Positions 40,118-50,063 of a DNA stretch of 64,000 nt are shown here, piece by piece. Source of the DNA: Patescibacteria group bacterium (GTDB taxonomy: Bacteria > Patescibacteriota > Minisyncoccia > UBA6257 > UBA9933); assembly GCA_030017615.1 (NCBI GenBank), contig JASEIG010000002.1:11980-75979 (forward strand), written 5' to 3'. How positions within the stretch are numbered: the first letter of the stretch is position 1; each line of letters opens with the position of its first letter. Both the position numbers and the translations under genes were made by a program. The notes under the pieces were generated by a model. The model searched no databases. It saw only the letters and a list, made by a program, of their open reading frames with translations, and had not been told where the DNA came from.

Positions 40118-40926
40118 TTCCATTTATTTATAAAATTTATTATTACGTTTTTTAAATCCGGCTGGCCGGTTAAAATATCAGTTCCATGCCCGCCGGTCTT
40201 GTATATTTTTAATTCTTTTTGCACATTCTCGGGAATACTTTCAAAAATCTTTTTTGCTTCATTATCATTTCCTTCGTCATCTTCACTGGAAATAATCAGC
40301 GCTTTTTGATTAAGCCTTAATTTCCTTGCCGGCGCTTCCGCTTTGATTCCTCTGTAATTAATTCCCGGTGAAAGCAAAACAACTATTTTCGCGTCTTCAT
40401 TTTCGCTCACATATTGTAATGAAAGATTGGCGCCAATAGAAGCTCCTATGAAAAATATCTTTTCGGGTTCCGCTCCATTATCTTTTAAAAACGAAATTGC
40501 GGCTTTTAAATCATTTATACTATTCCGATGTTCTTTATCTGAAAAATTTACAAAACCGTCGGAACCTTCCGCCGATTCCCCATGTCCGCGCAAATCAATT
40601 GCCAGGCTTTCATATTCTTCGACCTGCAATTCATTTGCCAAATCTTCCCAGGATTCTTTCACAGCGGGCATCATATGCGTCAAAACCAACCATCCTTTCG
40701 GATTGGTATACTTATTTTTATCCACAATATAATAATCGGCGTTTATTTTTTTATCATCCGCGGTTACAAAAGAAACTTTTTTCATAATTGGATATTTCGA
40801 TTTTATGAGATTGCCTTGGTGTTCACTGCGAAATAAAAAACTTATGTCGGCCAGTCCCACTATTACGACTATGGACATCGTAATAATTATAGCGGCTGAA
40901 ATCTTTTTTTTAAATTTTATTTTCAC
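40114..40926 (-). CDS. Alpha/beta hydrolase, membrane anchored
   Basis: IDLRGHGES, nucleophile elbow GASIG, GHGT. Confidence 0.9.
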   Translation of the reverse strand: MKIKFKKKISAAIIITMSIVVIVGLADISFLFRSEHQGNLIKSKYPIMKKVSFVTADDKKINADYYIVDKNKYTNPKGWLVLTHMMPAVKESWEDLANELQVEEYESLAIDLRGHGESAEGSDGFVNFSDKEHRNSINDLKAAISFLKDNGAEPEKIFFIGASIGANLSLQYVSENEDAKIVVLLSPGINYRGIKAEAPARKLRLNQKALIISSEDDEGNDNEAKKIFESIPENVQKELKIYKTGGHGTDILTGQPDLKNVIINFINKWK

Positions 40927-40953
40927 TTTACATCAAAATACTCTTAAAAGTCG

Positions 40954-41511
40954 TTAAAATTTAACTTTTACAGATTCGCGTTCCTGAGAATTTTCTATGC
41001 CAAAAAATTCTTCTTTATTAAAACCAAAAATTCCCGAAATGAGATTTGCCGGGAATGTTTCTGTTTTAGTGTTGTAATCCATAACATTGCCGTTATAAAA
41101 CCGGCGCGCTGACTGAATTTTATTTTCAGTATCCGCAAGCTCTCTTTGTAAATCCAGAAAATTGACGTTTGACTTTAAATCGGGATAATTTTCCGAAACC
41201 GCAAATAAAGTTTTTAAAGTGTTGCTTAAAGCATTTTCGGCCTCAGCTTTTTCTTTTTTGCCGTTGACCCCCAAAGCCGCCGATCTCGCTTCACTGACAT
41301 TTTCAAAAACTCCTTTTTCGTGAGCCATATATCCTTTTACAGTCTCCACTAAATTAGGAATTAAATCGTATCTTCTTTTTAACTGGACTTCTATATCCGA
41401 CCAGGCTTCTTTTACTCTATATCTTCTTCTTACCAATCCGTTAAAAATCAAAATAATCCACAAAACTAAAACGGCCGTTATGATTAAAATAATATTCGTT
41501 AATGTAAGCAT
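40954..41511 (-). CDS. lemA: LemA family protein
   Basis: AWSDIEVQLKRRYDLIPNLVETVKGY, ENYPDLK, ARRFYN. Confidence 0.96.
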   Translation of the reverse strand: MLTLTNIILIITAVLVLWIILIFNGLVRRRYRVKEAWSDIEVQLKRRYDLIPNLVETVKGYMAHEKGVFENVSEARSAALGVNGKKEKAEAENALSNTLKTLFAVSENYPDLKSNVNFLDLQRELADTENKIQSARRFYNGNVMDYNTKTETFPANLISGIFGFNKEEFFGIENSQERESVKVKF

Positions 41512-41517
41512 ATTTTT

Positions 41518-42336
41518 TTATTTATTATAATTTTTAATTAATTCTTTTAATTTAAATATTGCTTTTTGTGTCGCCCTTTCGCCTTTTTTAATGGCTGTTT
41601 TCCCGTGTAAAAAATTCTTCCACCCGATTACATTTACATCGGTTATATTCGGCTCAATGATTATATCGGCGTCTTTTACTGAAATTATACCCAAATTATA
41701 CCGCAAAGCGCTGATAGTATAAAGAATCGCGTCATGAAGACCCAATCTGTTGTCAGTATCACGATAAAGAGAATGCGCGCCTAAATTAACCCCGATAACG
41801 ATATCCGCTCCCATTTTCTTCACGATATCAACTGGAACCGGATGCGATAACCCCCCGTCCGCCAAAACTTTAGTTCCAAATTGCATCGGTTCAAATATCA
41901 AGGGGAAAGAAATGCTGGCGCGAATAGCATCGGCCACGCTTCCTTTTTTTAATAAAATTCCCTTTCCGGTTGTAAGTTCAGTCGCAACAGAAATAAAGGG
42001 AATTTTCAGCTTTGAAAACTGCGTGTCGTTTATACGCTCTTTGATAAATTTTTCTATTTTATTGCCTGTTATAAACCCTCCGTGAATAGACGGGTCCATT
42101 AAAAAATTAATAATTTGAAGCTTATCTTTAAATAAAGCTGTTTCTTCCACTTTTTTTATATCTTTGGAAAATGCGTACAGTCCCCCAATAAGAGAACCAA
42201 TACTTGTGCCGGCGATAAAATCAATCGGAATGTTGTTTTTCTCAAGAACTTTTATAACTCCGATATGCGCCAATCCTTTCGCGCCTCCTCCGCCCAACGC
42301 CAGCCCGATTTTAGGTCTCTCTTTTTTTGCTTTCAT
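41518..42336 (-). CDS. Patatin-like phospholipase (RssA-like)
   Basis: LALGGGGAKGLAHIG, GTSIG, DGG. Confidence 0.94.
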   Translation of the reverse strand: MKAKKERPKIGLALGGGGAKGLAHIGVIKVLEKNNIPIDFIAGTSIGSLIGGLYAFSKDIKKVEETALFKDKLQIINFLMDPSIHGGFITGNKIEKFIKERINDTQFSKLKIPFISVATELTTGKGILLKKGSVADAIRASISFPLIFEPMQFGTKVLADGGLSHPVPVDIVKKMGADIVIGVNLGAHSLYRDTDNRLGLHDAILYTISALRYNLGIISVKDADIIIEPNITDVNVIGWKNFLHGKTAIKKGERATQKAIFKLKELIKNYNK

Positions 42337-42694
42337 AATTATAAAATTTTACCACAAAAAACATATAATTTCACAATCTCACTTAAATAAATTTTATTTA
42401 TTTAACTATGGCGCTTTGTGTGCGATCGTGTATAAAGTGCTATGGCTAAATAAAAATTTTAAATTTGATTTGATATCGGTCTAATTAATCAGACTGTATA
42501 AATTAAAACCATTTAATATCATTAATATCAGCCAAAACAGCAACCAAACCCGACAGATCGCTGTTTTGGATATTCTATATCTATAAACATATATTTTTTA
42601 TTAAGTATTTAACGACCGCATTTTGCTTAAGTAAAATTTAAAAAAAGCTCTTTTGAAATTATCGCCGGAGCTTTAATATAATATTTCCTTTCTG

Positions 42695-42985
42695 TCAGGG
42701 AAACGAGTCTAACCCCGTGAAAATTGGGTATTCCAATTTCAACGACCCGTTATCTTCATTTTCAAATAAAATGATATTGGTGCGGCCGCCTGTTTCTTTA
42801 ATTTCCACCACCTCAAACACTCCAATTTTATCATCCAGTATCGGGGAAATATTATTAATAAATTCGCTTTCTCGTAAAAGTTCCAGTACTTCCGGGCTTT
42901 TATAAATCAACGCCTTGATTCTTTTCCTTTTTCCGTTCAGCGTAAAAATCATCACTAAAAAAATATTTTCTACCATTGCTCCCAT
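42695..42985 (-). CDS. Hypothetical protein
   Basis: 96-aa ORF with SD-like AGGGGGT upstream. Confidence 0.6.
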   Translation of the reverse strand: MGAMVENIFLVMIFTLNGKRKRIKALIYKSPEVLELLRESEFINNISPILDDKIGVFEVVEIKETGGRTNIILFENEDNGSLKLEYPIFTGLDSFP

Positions 42986-43256
42986 ATTTACCCCCTATTA
43001 AATTTAATTTAATTTGAACTGTTAAAAGATTATGAAGAAAATAAATGACTGTCAATTACCCGTAACATTATTCCGAAAAAGTGAAAATCATCAAATTAAT
43101 AAACATTCAAATTTAACCACTATAGGGAAATTGGATAATGACGATAAAATTATAAATTATTTTAGAAAGGTTATCTCATAATATCGCTTGGAATAGGCGA
43201 GTTTATAATTTGCCTGAAAATCATAAATTTTCAGACACCAAAGTGATATTACAGGG

Positions 43257-43265
43257 TTATCCACA
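43257..43265 (+). promoter_or_regulatory. DnaA-box consensus
   Basis: TTATCCACA in AT-rich divergent intergenic region. Confidence 0.4.
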
Positions 43266-43333
43266 TGTAAAATAAAATTTTATATGATATACTCTATTTA
43301 GCATTATAAAAAATCTTTACAAAGGGGTGTGTG

Positions 43334-43717
43334 ATGACAGGAAAAGAAAACGACCCGGCAAAAACAGTATTCGGTTTAGGTCTTCTAACAGGTGTCTTGT
43401 TTGAAAAATTAAATATGGAAAGGAGCGATAATGACGTTTTTGTTCCTTCTGTTGACGAATTTGCTTTGATAGTGCACGGTTTAAAACGGCTTAATGAAAA
43501 CGATAAAATTTTTAAAGTAAATGCCGTTAAAATTGAAGAAGAAAACGCGACTCTCATCCCATGGCACCATCCGCTGTCGGAAACATCAAAAGTATTTGTT
43601 CAAAAAACTCGCAATTTTTTGGGAATTCCGGAAAATCATTCTGACTGTTCCATAAAAGAAATTGAGATGCTTATCCAACACGCTGAATCTTATTTAAACG
43701 AAATGGGACTCGCGTAA
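43334..43717 (+). CDS. Hypothetical protein
   Basis: About 127-aa ORF with SD-like AAGGGGTG and downstream terminator. Confidence 0.7.
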   Translation: MTGKENDPAKTVFGLGLLTGVLFEKLNMERSDNDVFVPSVDEFALIVHGLKRLNENDKIFKVNAVKIEEENATLIPWHHPLSETSKVFVQKTRNFLGIPENHSDCSIKEIEMLIQHAESYLNEMGLA

Positions 43718-43728
43718 AACAACCCCTG

Positions 43729-43753
43729 AGGGGACCTTAGATGGTCCCCTTTT
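43729..43753. terminator. Terminator between convergent hypothetical gene and tgt
   Basis: AGGGGACC-ttagat-GGTCCCCT-TTT. Confidence 0.7.
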
Positions 43754-44914
43754 ATATTTTTCCTCTTTTAATATCTCTCCGAATTTTTTCAACATAAGAA
43801 TTAAAAAAATAAAGATTGTGTTCGGTCAACAACCTAAGCGCGGTAATTTCCTGCGATTTATATAAATGAGAAATATAACTGCGAGTGTAATTTTGGCAAA
43901 CTTGGCAAGAACATTTTTTATCCAAAGAATTATTGTCTTTTAAAAACCTTCCGCGAAAAACATCAATTTTCCCTTTTGAAGTAAACGCAATCCCGCGCCT
44001 GGCATAATTAGTGGGAACAGTGCAATCAAAAGTGTCCACTCCTTGGGCGATAATTTTAGGGATATCTTCAAGAAATCCGATGCCAAGCAAATGTCTCGGC
44101 TTGTTTTCGGGAAGTTCGTTAAAAATCCATTTCAATATTTTCAACATCATTTTTTTATCGCCGCCAAATTCGCCGCCCACGGCAAAACCGTCAAACGGCA
44201 ACGACCCGATAAACTTCGCGCTTTTTACTCTCAAATCTTTAAACTTCCCCCCCTGAACAATCCCGAACAAAGCTTGTTTTGATTTTTTAACATCCAAACA
44301 AATTTGAGCCCATCTATGAGTTCTTTCCATTGATTGTTTATTATAATCATAATTCGCATTGGGTGGCGGACATTCATCAAACGCCAAAATAATATCGGCT
44401 CCGATTTTTTCCTGAATTTGAAGGATTCCTTCGGCCCAAGAAAAACCCTGCTGTTATCCACATACGACCGAAACCAAACGCCCTTTTTGGTTATTTTAAT
44501 ATCCTCCGGTTGGCTCCCGGGCAAAACTATATTGTTTGTTTGCAATTTATTATTTTGTTTTTGCCGTTTATCGTCGGATAAAATTTTCCCCACTCCAAAA
44601 TCTTTTCCAAATCCCAAACTAAACACCTGAAAACCGCCGGAATCCGTCATAAGCGGATGCTTCCAATTCATAAATTCATGAAGACCTTTGTGCGATTTCA
44701 GCACATCTCCTCCCGGCCTTAAATGAAGATGATAAGTGTTGGCGATAAGAATTTGGCTCTTTGTTCTTTCCACTTCCTCGCTAGTCAAAGTTTTAATAGT
44801 TCCCCTTGTGGCAACCGGCACAAAACACGGAGTCTCAACGACTCCGTGTTTTGTTTTCAACAATCCGAGACGCGCCCGGCTCTTTTTTGATTTTTTCAAA
44901 ATTTCAAATCCCAT
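43752..44914 (-). pseudogene. tgt: tRNA-guanine transglycosylase, split by a 1-nt frameshift near 44421 (possible assembly error)
   Basis: N-half: LANTYHL, MTDSGGFQVFSL; C-half: IGADIILAFDEC, GIVQGG, PRHLLGIG, GVDTFDC, CSCQVC, HNL; halves join at GPKES|QIQEKIGAD with one base missing. Confidence 0.92.
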
Positions 44915-44940
44915 TTAAACACTCGGTTGATAACTTGCAT

Positions 44941-45858
44941 TTATTGTTCTGACGCAACCGGCTTATAATCTCCGGGGTTTACAGACCGTTCAAAACAAAC
45001 TATTCCTTGTTCGTGATTCCAATTATATGTTTCGTAATAAAACGCGGGCGCAACTCTTTTTTGTATTTTATTGTCCTTGTTTGAAGTTTGAAAGTTGGCG
45101 CAGATTTCATATTTCAAATTTGATAATTTTTTATATCCGTATGGCGCGCCTGTTTGAGGGTCTGCGGGAATATTCAAACCCCCGTCTTTTAAGTCGTCAA
45201 AAACATCGGGAAGTTTTTCATTTTTTCTCCAATATTCACTCAGCTGGCTTTGAATAAAAGAAAGGTCGCTGATTCTCTTTTCATCAAACCGAATTAACCG
45301 CTGGCTTTTAGGCAAACCCGCGACAAACAATCCGGCGACTACCCCGATAAAAATAATCACAGCAGTAATTTTAGGCAAAACAGAAGTTGTAAAATTTTTA
45401 ATTTCAGGGCTTCTTAAAATTTTCAGATAATAAATAAAAATAACGATTGCGATTATAAATATAACGATAACTTTCATAAAAAAGTTTAAAATCAGCTCTC
45501 CGCGAAGAAAATTGTAAATCAACCCAATGACATCGCCGACAATAACAATCGCGGAAATAAACAAAGTAAAATTAAGAAGCCATCTTCTTATTTTGAGATT
45601 TTTTTTCTCCGGAATTATTTCTGTGTCTTTTCGCAAAAAATTCATTATCCAGATATAAACCGGGAAAACAATCAATAATACGGCAATTGACCAGCGAATT
45701 GCGTCATAAGAAGCCGAAACCGGCGCATAACTTAAAACATCCGGCAAATAAATATTGATTATTTGGAATATCAAACTGCCGAAAGAAACCGCAATAAACG
45801 CTAATGCTATAACTGAAAGCAGGTATAAAAAAACGTCCCGAGATAAATTGTTTTCCAT
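44941..45858 (-). CDS. Membrane protein (DUF5671-like) with soluble C-terminal domain
   Basis: DVFLYLLS, multiple TM helices, RFDEKRISDL, DPQTGAPYGY, YEICANF. Confidence 0.8.
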   Translation of the reverse strand: MENNLSRDVFLYLLSVIALAFIAVSFGSLIFQIINIYLPDVLSYAPVSASYDAIRWSIAVLLIVFPVYIWIMNFLRKDTEIIPEKKNLKIRRWLLNFTLFISAIVIVGDVIGLIYNFLRGELILNFFMKVIVIFIIAIVIFIYYLKILRSPEIKNFTTSVLPKITAVIIFIGVVAGLFVAGLPKSQRLIRFDEKRISDLSFIQSQLSEYWRKNEKLPDVFDDLKDGGLNIPADPQTGAPYGYKKLSNLKYEICANFQTSNKDNKIQKRVAPAFYYETYNWNHEQGIVCFERSVNPGDYKPVASEQ

Positions 45859-45890
45859 ATATTTATTATAAACCCGAATTATAAATACGC

Positions 45891-45924
45891 AAACTAAAAA
45901 CTCCTATATAGGAGTTTTTAGTTT
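45891..45924. terminator. Hairpin/terminator
   Basis: AAACTAAAAACTCCTA-ta-TAGGAGTTTTTAGTTT. Confidence 0.7.
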
Positions 45925-45934
45925 TTAGTTTTAT

Positions 45935-48046
45935 TTAAACCAAGTCCGTTTCTTTGCTTTTAATAAAAAAATGATAAATCCCATAGCCAATTATTAATCC
46001 GAGCAATAAGTCAAAAGCCCAATTGCTAAAAAGCGATTTTAAAATATTCTCCAGCGAAGCGGTAAGAGAATTTCCGCTGATTATCGCTGTTATAAAAGCG
46101 CTGATTGACTGGAATGTTCCTTTATAATTATTGTATTCAAGCAAAGCGTTAAATATAAGAACGTTATTTTTTTCAGCCGCGTCTTTTATTTTTATCTTAA
46201 TATTTATAGCCGCCTGACTTTCAGTGTCTATGGTTCCCAAGTTGAAAACCAAATTATTATCCGCAGTTATTAAAGCGGGTTGAATAGTAGAGCCTAAATA
46301 TTGAGTTTCTGAGGGTAAGGCAATTTTCAACACCACATTGGAAATAGAATGAGACGATTTATTCTTGTAAATAATTGAATAATTGACTCCTTCGCCCGGA
46401 TCCGGATTATCATCGCTGATAGACGGTTCAAGAATAATGTTTTTGTCGGCGGAGATTTCGGATTTTTTTATGAATGTGATTTGGGTTTCTTTTGAAACGG
46501 GAACATAAGAGTTTGCGCGCGTTGTAAAGTTCAAAATATTTCCGTAATTGGTTCCGAGAGAATTACGCGCAACCGCCCTATAATGATAAATAGTGTCGGC
46601 TTGCAATCCTGAAGCCGCGAAAGAAAATTCATGCGAAACAGCGTCCTGCCCCATCGGCTGTTCAGCGGTTTTATTTCCTAAAGAATTTGTCGTTCCCCAT
46701 TCAAACCAAGCTGTAGTCAAAGAATTATTCGGGTTGACTGATCCGCTAAACAAAGCCGAGTTCTGATACACATAAGAAACATTGTTAGTGGTAACATACG
46801 GATAATTTCCGCTCGCGCCGTAATAATTATATCCGGAACCGTATCCGGGAGTCGTAAAACTTACTATATTGCCATAACTGGTGCCGGTATAATTTTGCGT
46901 CGCCGCGCGGTAATAATAAGTGGTATTGGATTGAAGATTGGACAAACTGGCGGTTAAATTAACTCCGGTCCCCGTTCCTATGTTTTGATAACCGGTTGTA
47001 TACCCAAGCGAAGTGTTTGTCCCATATTCAAACCAAACTGTTGTGCCGGAATAATTGGAGCTAACCGACGCGTTGAGAGTCGCAAAATTAGAGCCGATTG
47101 AAGTCGCGTTATAAGTTGTAACCGTCGCGCCGCCTCCATAACCGGAACTGTAATAATTATAATTATACCCCGTTCCCGTCATAAAATTCATAATTGAACC
47201 GTAGGAAGTTCCATAACTGTTTTGAGCCGCAATTCTGTAATAAAAATTCAGATTCGGCTGAATATTTGAAAGATAAGCTGAAATGTTTGTGGTAAAGTTT
47301 GAAATACCGATATTTTGATAACCTGCGGTGCTTCCAAGCGAAGTTGTCGGACCATATTCAAACCAAACTGTGGTATTTGAGTTGTTTGAATTAACCGTGC
47401 CGTTTAATGTCGCGTAATTCTGGCCGATGGAAGTCGCGGGGTTAGTGGCAACAATCGGAGCGTTGGCGGAACTCCCGCTTCCTCCCGCTCCCACCAAAAC
47501 GCTAAAAATCACATATCCTTGAGAACTCCAGCCTGAAACGATGTCTCCGATATTTAATCCTTCGGAAACTATTTCATTCCCGCTTTGTCCGTATAAAAGA
47601 GGTTGAGCGGCTGAATTTCTGCTCGGGAACCACTTAACCGAATTGGAAACAAAAGTAAGCGATTGATTGGAAGGCGCCGAAATGCCGACGCTTCCATTTA
47701 TAGTCCCCGAATTTTGAGAAACTATGGAAACCGAAACCGTCTGAGATGAATAACTCCCCGACGGAACATTGGCAATAATTTTTGTCTGATTAGCCGTTTC
47801 GTTTGAAGTGTTATGATAATAAACCAAAAAGCTTAGATACTCGCCGCCATTCGCGGAGCCGGAAGTTTTCCAACAGCTGGCGCAACCGGGACTGGTGGTT
47901 AAGTTCCCGACTTGAAGCGTCGGATAATCCAACGGGTCGGTGTTAAAAGACGCCGCGGCAAACGAAAAAGACGGCGCTACAAAAACTCCTATTAAAATGA
48001 TTAAAGAAAAAACGAAAATCGCCTTATAATTTGTGATGTTTTTCAT
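45935..48046 (-). CDS. Cell-surface protein: signal peptide, three FN3-like repeats, DUF11-like domain, C-terminal TM
   Basis: Three repeats of T..AT.....A.L...V.......WFE[YW]G....LG...Y.YR..A.N..GT.YG....F.T; Tyr/Gly-rich linkers. Confidence 0.88.
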   Translation of the reverse strand: MKNITNYKAIFVFSLIILIGVFVAPSFSFAAASFNTDPLDYPTLQVGNLTTSPGCASCWKTSGSANGGEYLSFLVYYHNTSNETANQTKIIANVPSGSYSSQTVSVSIVSQNSGTINGSVGISAPSNQSLTFVSNSVKWFPSRNSAAQPLLYGQSGNEIVSEGLNIGDIVSGWSSQGYVIFSVLVGAGGSGSSANAPIVATNPATSIGQNYATLNGTVNSNNSNTTVWFEYGPTTSLGSTAGYQNIGISNFTTNISAYLSNIQPNLNFYYRIAAQNSYGTSYGSIMNFMTGTGYNYNYYSSGYGGGATVTTYNATSIGSNFATLNASVSSNYSGTTVWFEYGTNTSLGYTTGYQNIGTGTGVNLTASLSNLQSNTTYYYRAATQNYTGTSYGNIVSFTTPGYGSGYNYYGASGNYPYVTTNNVSYVYQNSALFSGSVNPNNSLTTAWFEWGTTNSLGNKTAEQPMGQDAVSHEFSFAASGLQADTIYHYRAVARNSLGTNYGNILNFTTRANSYVPVSKETQITFIKKSEISADKNIILEPSISDDNPDPGEGVNYSIIYKNKSSHSISNVVLKIALPSETQYLGSTIQPALITADNNLVFNLGTIDTESQAAINIKIKIKDAAEKNNVLIFNALLEYNNYKGTFQSISAFITAIISGNSLTASLENILKSLFSNWAFDLLLGLIIGYGIYHFFIKSKETDLV

Positions 48047-48189
48047 ATTTTCAGCTTTATCTTTTATTTTAGCAATCATATACCTTTTTATTATTTCTGT
48101 CAAGTAAAACAGTTTAGTTATATTTTATGATTTTAAATCAGTCTAAAATAAAAAATTTAAATTTTTAAAAAAATAAAAAACGGGCAATC

Positions 48190-48381
48190 TTATATCGCCC
48201 GCTTGTAAAGCCATGCTAAAAGTCCGACGAGAACCGAAAACCAAATTCCCACTATAATTTTCCCCGCGATTATACTATTAAATTTGATAGTCATATTATC
48301 AATCATTTGCGGTAAAAAATAAAAAACGGCAACGGCGATAATATAATACAATATCGCAAAATACTTCCCCTTTGTTTTCAA
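48190..48381 (-). CDS. Small 2-TM hypothetical protein
   Basis: 63 aa, TTG start with SD AAAGGAGG. Confidence 0.65.
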   Translation of the reverse strand: MKTKGKYFAILYYIIAVAVFYFLPQMIDNMTIKFNSIIAGKIIVGIWFSVLVGLLAWLYKRAI

Positions 48382-48428
48382 TACTCTATCCTCCTTTAAA
48401 ATTTGCTGATACCTAAAATAAAAATTTA

Positions 48429-48455
48429 GGGAGCGGTTTTCACAAAACCGCTCCC
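48429..48455. terminator. Hairpin/terminator
   Basis: GGGAGCGGTTTT-cac-AAAACCGCTCCC. Confidence 0.75.
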
Positions 48456-48461
48456 GCTTTT

Positions 48462-49568
48462 TTATTGTATTCCCGGCATTGGCGCGGGTCCCACCGGTAT
48501 AGGCGGCGGCACAGCGCTCGTTCCGCCTGTGACAGTTGCGGTTGTTGTCGTCGCATTAGTAACAACGCCTGAAGTTGAGGGTGAAGATGAAATTTCTCCT
48601 CCAGAAGGTTGTGGTTGAGCTGGTTGAGAAGATGAGATTCTCGGTTTTGGTTTTGCGACCATGTATGAAATAATTCCAAATCCAATAGCTTCAGCAACTC
48701 CTTTTGCCGTTATACAACCCCCATCGATATAATCTCCGGTTAATGTTGTGCCGGCTGTGATTGCTCCGGCTAACAACTTGGGTTGTTTTAAAACAATAGC
48801 CGAAACTATTCCAACGGCTCCCCCAATCACAGCTCCCCAACCCGTCTTTTTCTGTTCGCAGGTGAGTTTAGGTTCTTGAGACATTTGTTGTTTTTGCAAC
48901 ATCACTGTTCCCGCCATAGGATATTCCAAAATCTTACCATAAGCCGTTCCGGCGCTGTTTTTTCCAACTAATCTATACCAGATTTTGCCGGAAATTTTTA
49001 TTGCCGCTTCCATTTCCATCGGATTTGTCCCGATATTAACAGAGGCGCTTGAGAATTCCATTTTATCAGGTTCGGAGAAACTCCACTCAAACCACGCCTT
49101 AGTTTCAGACCCCTGAGGGTCCACATCCCCGGATAACACTATTGTATCCGCAGAAGCAGAACGTATCGCCTGTAATGTTTTTACAATCGGAGTTTTTATT
49201 TCCTGAGCTACGGGTAAAGAAATTTTTGTCTGTTCAGATTCGTTAATAATCAAATCGCTCACGATGGGGTTCCCGCATAAATAAATTCTTTTTCCTTTTT
49301 TCTTTCCGCTGATTAAATCCTTCGCTACCACCACGTCAGTATTCTCCGGAAGAACACAGGTGTATTGTTTCCCCGATCTTCCTTCCATAGTGATAAGCGC
49401 CGGACTTTTTATTTTTACAAGTTCTTCGCTCAATGCAAGCGGCTTATAAGGATCCGCGGGATCTCTGTTTAATCGGCACATCTGTTTTTTATTTACAGAT
49501 GTTTCTCCAAAACTATCCGTCGCAAAAAACAAAAAAATCAATCCTAAAATAATATATGTCTTTTTCAC
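48462..49568 (-). CDS. Secreted hypothetical protein with FN3-like domain, glycine-zipper segments and Pro/Thr/Ser tail
   Basis: GTG start with AGGAGG; AWFEW...WYRLVGKNSAGTAYG resembles the neighbouring gene's repeats. Confidence 0.8.
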   Translation of the reverse strand: MKKTYIILGLIFLFFATDSFGETSVNKKQMCRLNRDPADPYKPLALSEELVKIKSPALITMEGRSGKQYTCVLPENTDVVVAKDLISGKKKGKRIYLCGNPIVSDLIINESEQTKISLPVAQEIKTPIVKTLQAIRSASADTIVLSGDVDPQGSETKAWFEWSFSEPDKMEFSSASVNIGTNPMEMEAAIKISGKIWYRLVGKNSAGTAYGKILEYPMAGTVMLQKQQMSQEPKLTCEQKKTGWGAVIGGAVGIVSAIVLKQPKLLAGAITAGTTLTGDYIDGGCITAKGVAEAIGFGIISYMVAKPKPRISSSQPAQPQPSGGEISSSPSTSGVVTNATTTTATVTGGTSAVPPPIPVGPAPMPGIQ

Positions 49569-49719
49569 GACAATCTCCCTCCTGTTATTTATTTTTCTTT
49601 TATTTAAATGTTAAAAATTCTTTGCTCAAAATACCATTTTTAAATAAAAAAGCAAGTCTTTAAAAAAAACCTGCTTTCCACGCTTTTTTGCAATAATTTA
49701 AAATAATTTAAACTGTATT

Positions 49720-50028
49720 TTACGATGAGATGTTTTTCATTAAATTAATGCTTTCTTCTTTGAATTTGCTGATTTCTTCGTTTGTGATTTCGTCTAAATT
49801 CGGAATTTTTGATTTTAAAAATTTAAAAATGGCTTCTTGGTCGTCCGGTTTTTCACCCAATAATTTATCAAATTCGTTTTTATCTGCTTCGCTTAATTCC
49901 TGTAAAATTTGCAATATGATATTTTGTCGGATTATATTTCCGATGCTTAAAATAAGTTCTTCCTGTTCTTTTTCAGAAAGCGTATCCATTCCCAGTTCTT
50001 TTATAATATTTTTTCCTAAATTATCCAT
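49720..50028 (-). CDS. Small acidic helical protein (DUF5663-like)
   Basis: ELGMDTLSEKEQEE, FLKSKIPNLDEI. Confidence 0.75.
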   Translation of the reverse strand: MDNLGKNIIKELGMDTLSEKEQEELILSIGNIIRQNIILQILQELSEADKNEFDKLLGEKPDDQEAIFKFLKSKIPNLDEITNEEISKFKEESINLMKNISS

Positions 50029-50063
50029 TGTTTTAAACGTTTTACAATCGTTACCGACCTTTT

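Noticed and set aside
42481-42590. Small hydrophobic minus-strand ORF downstream of a GGTCG motif
   Set aside because: The ATG frame stops after 20 codons and the TM-like frame lacks a start; at best a frameshifted remnant.
42990-43330. Replication origin
   Set aside because: Only one perfect DnaA box, no dnaA/dnaN nearby and no lasting change in gene orientation; similar single boxes occur elsewhere (39443, near 30677).
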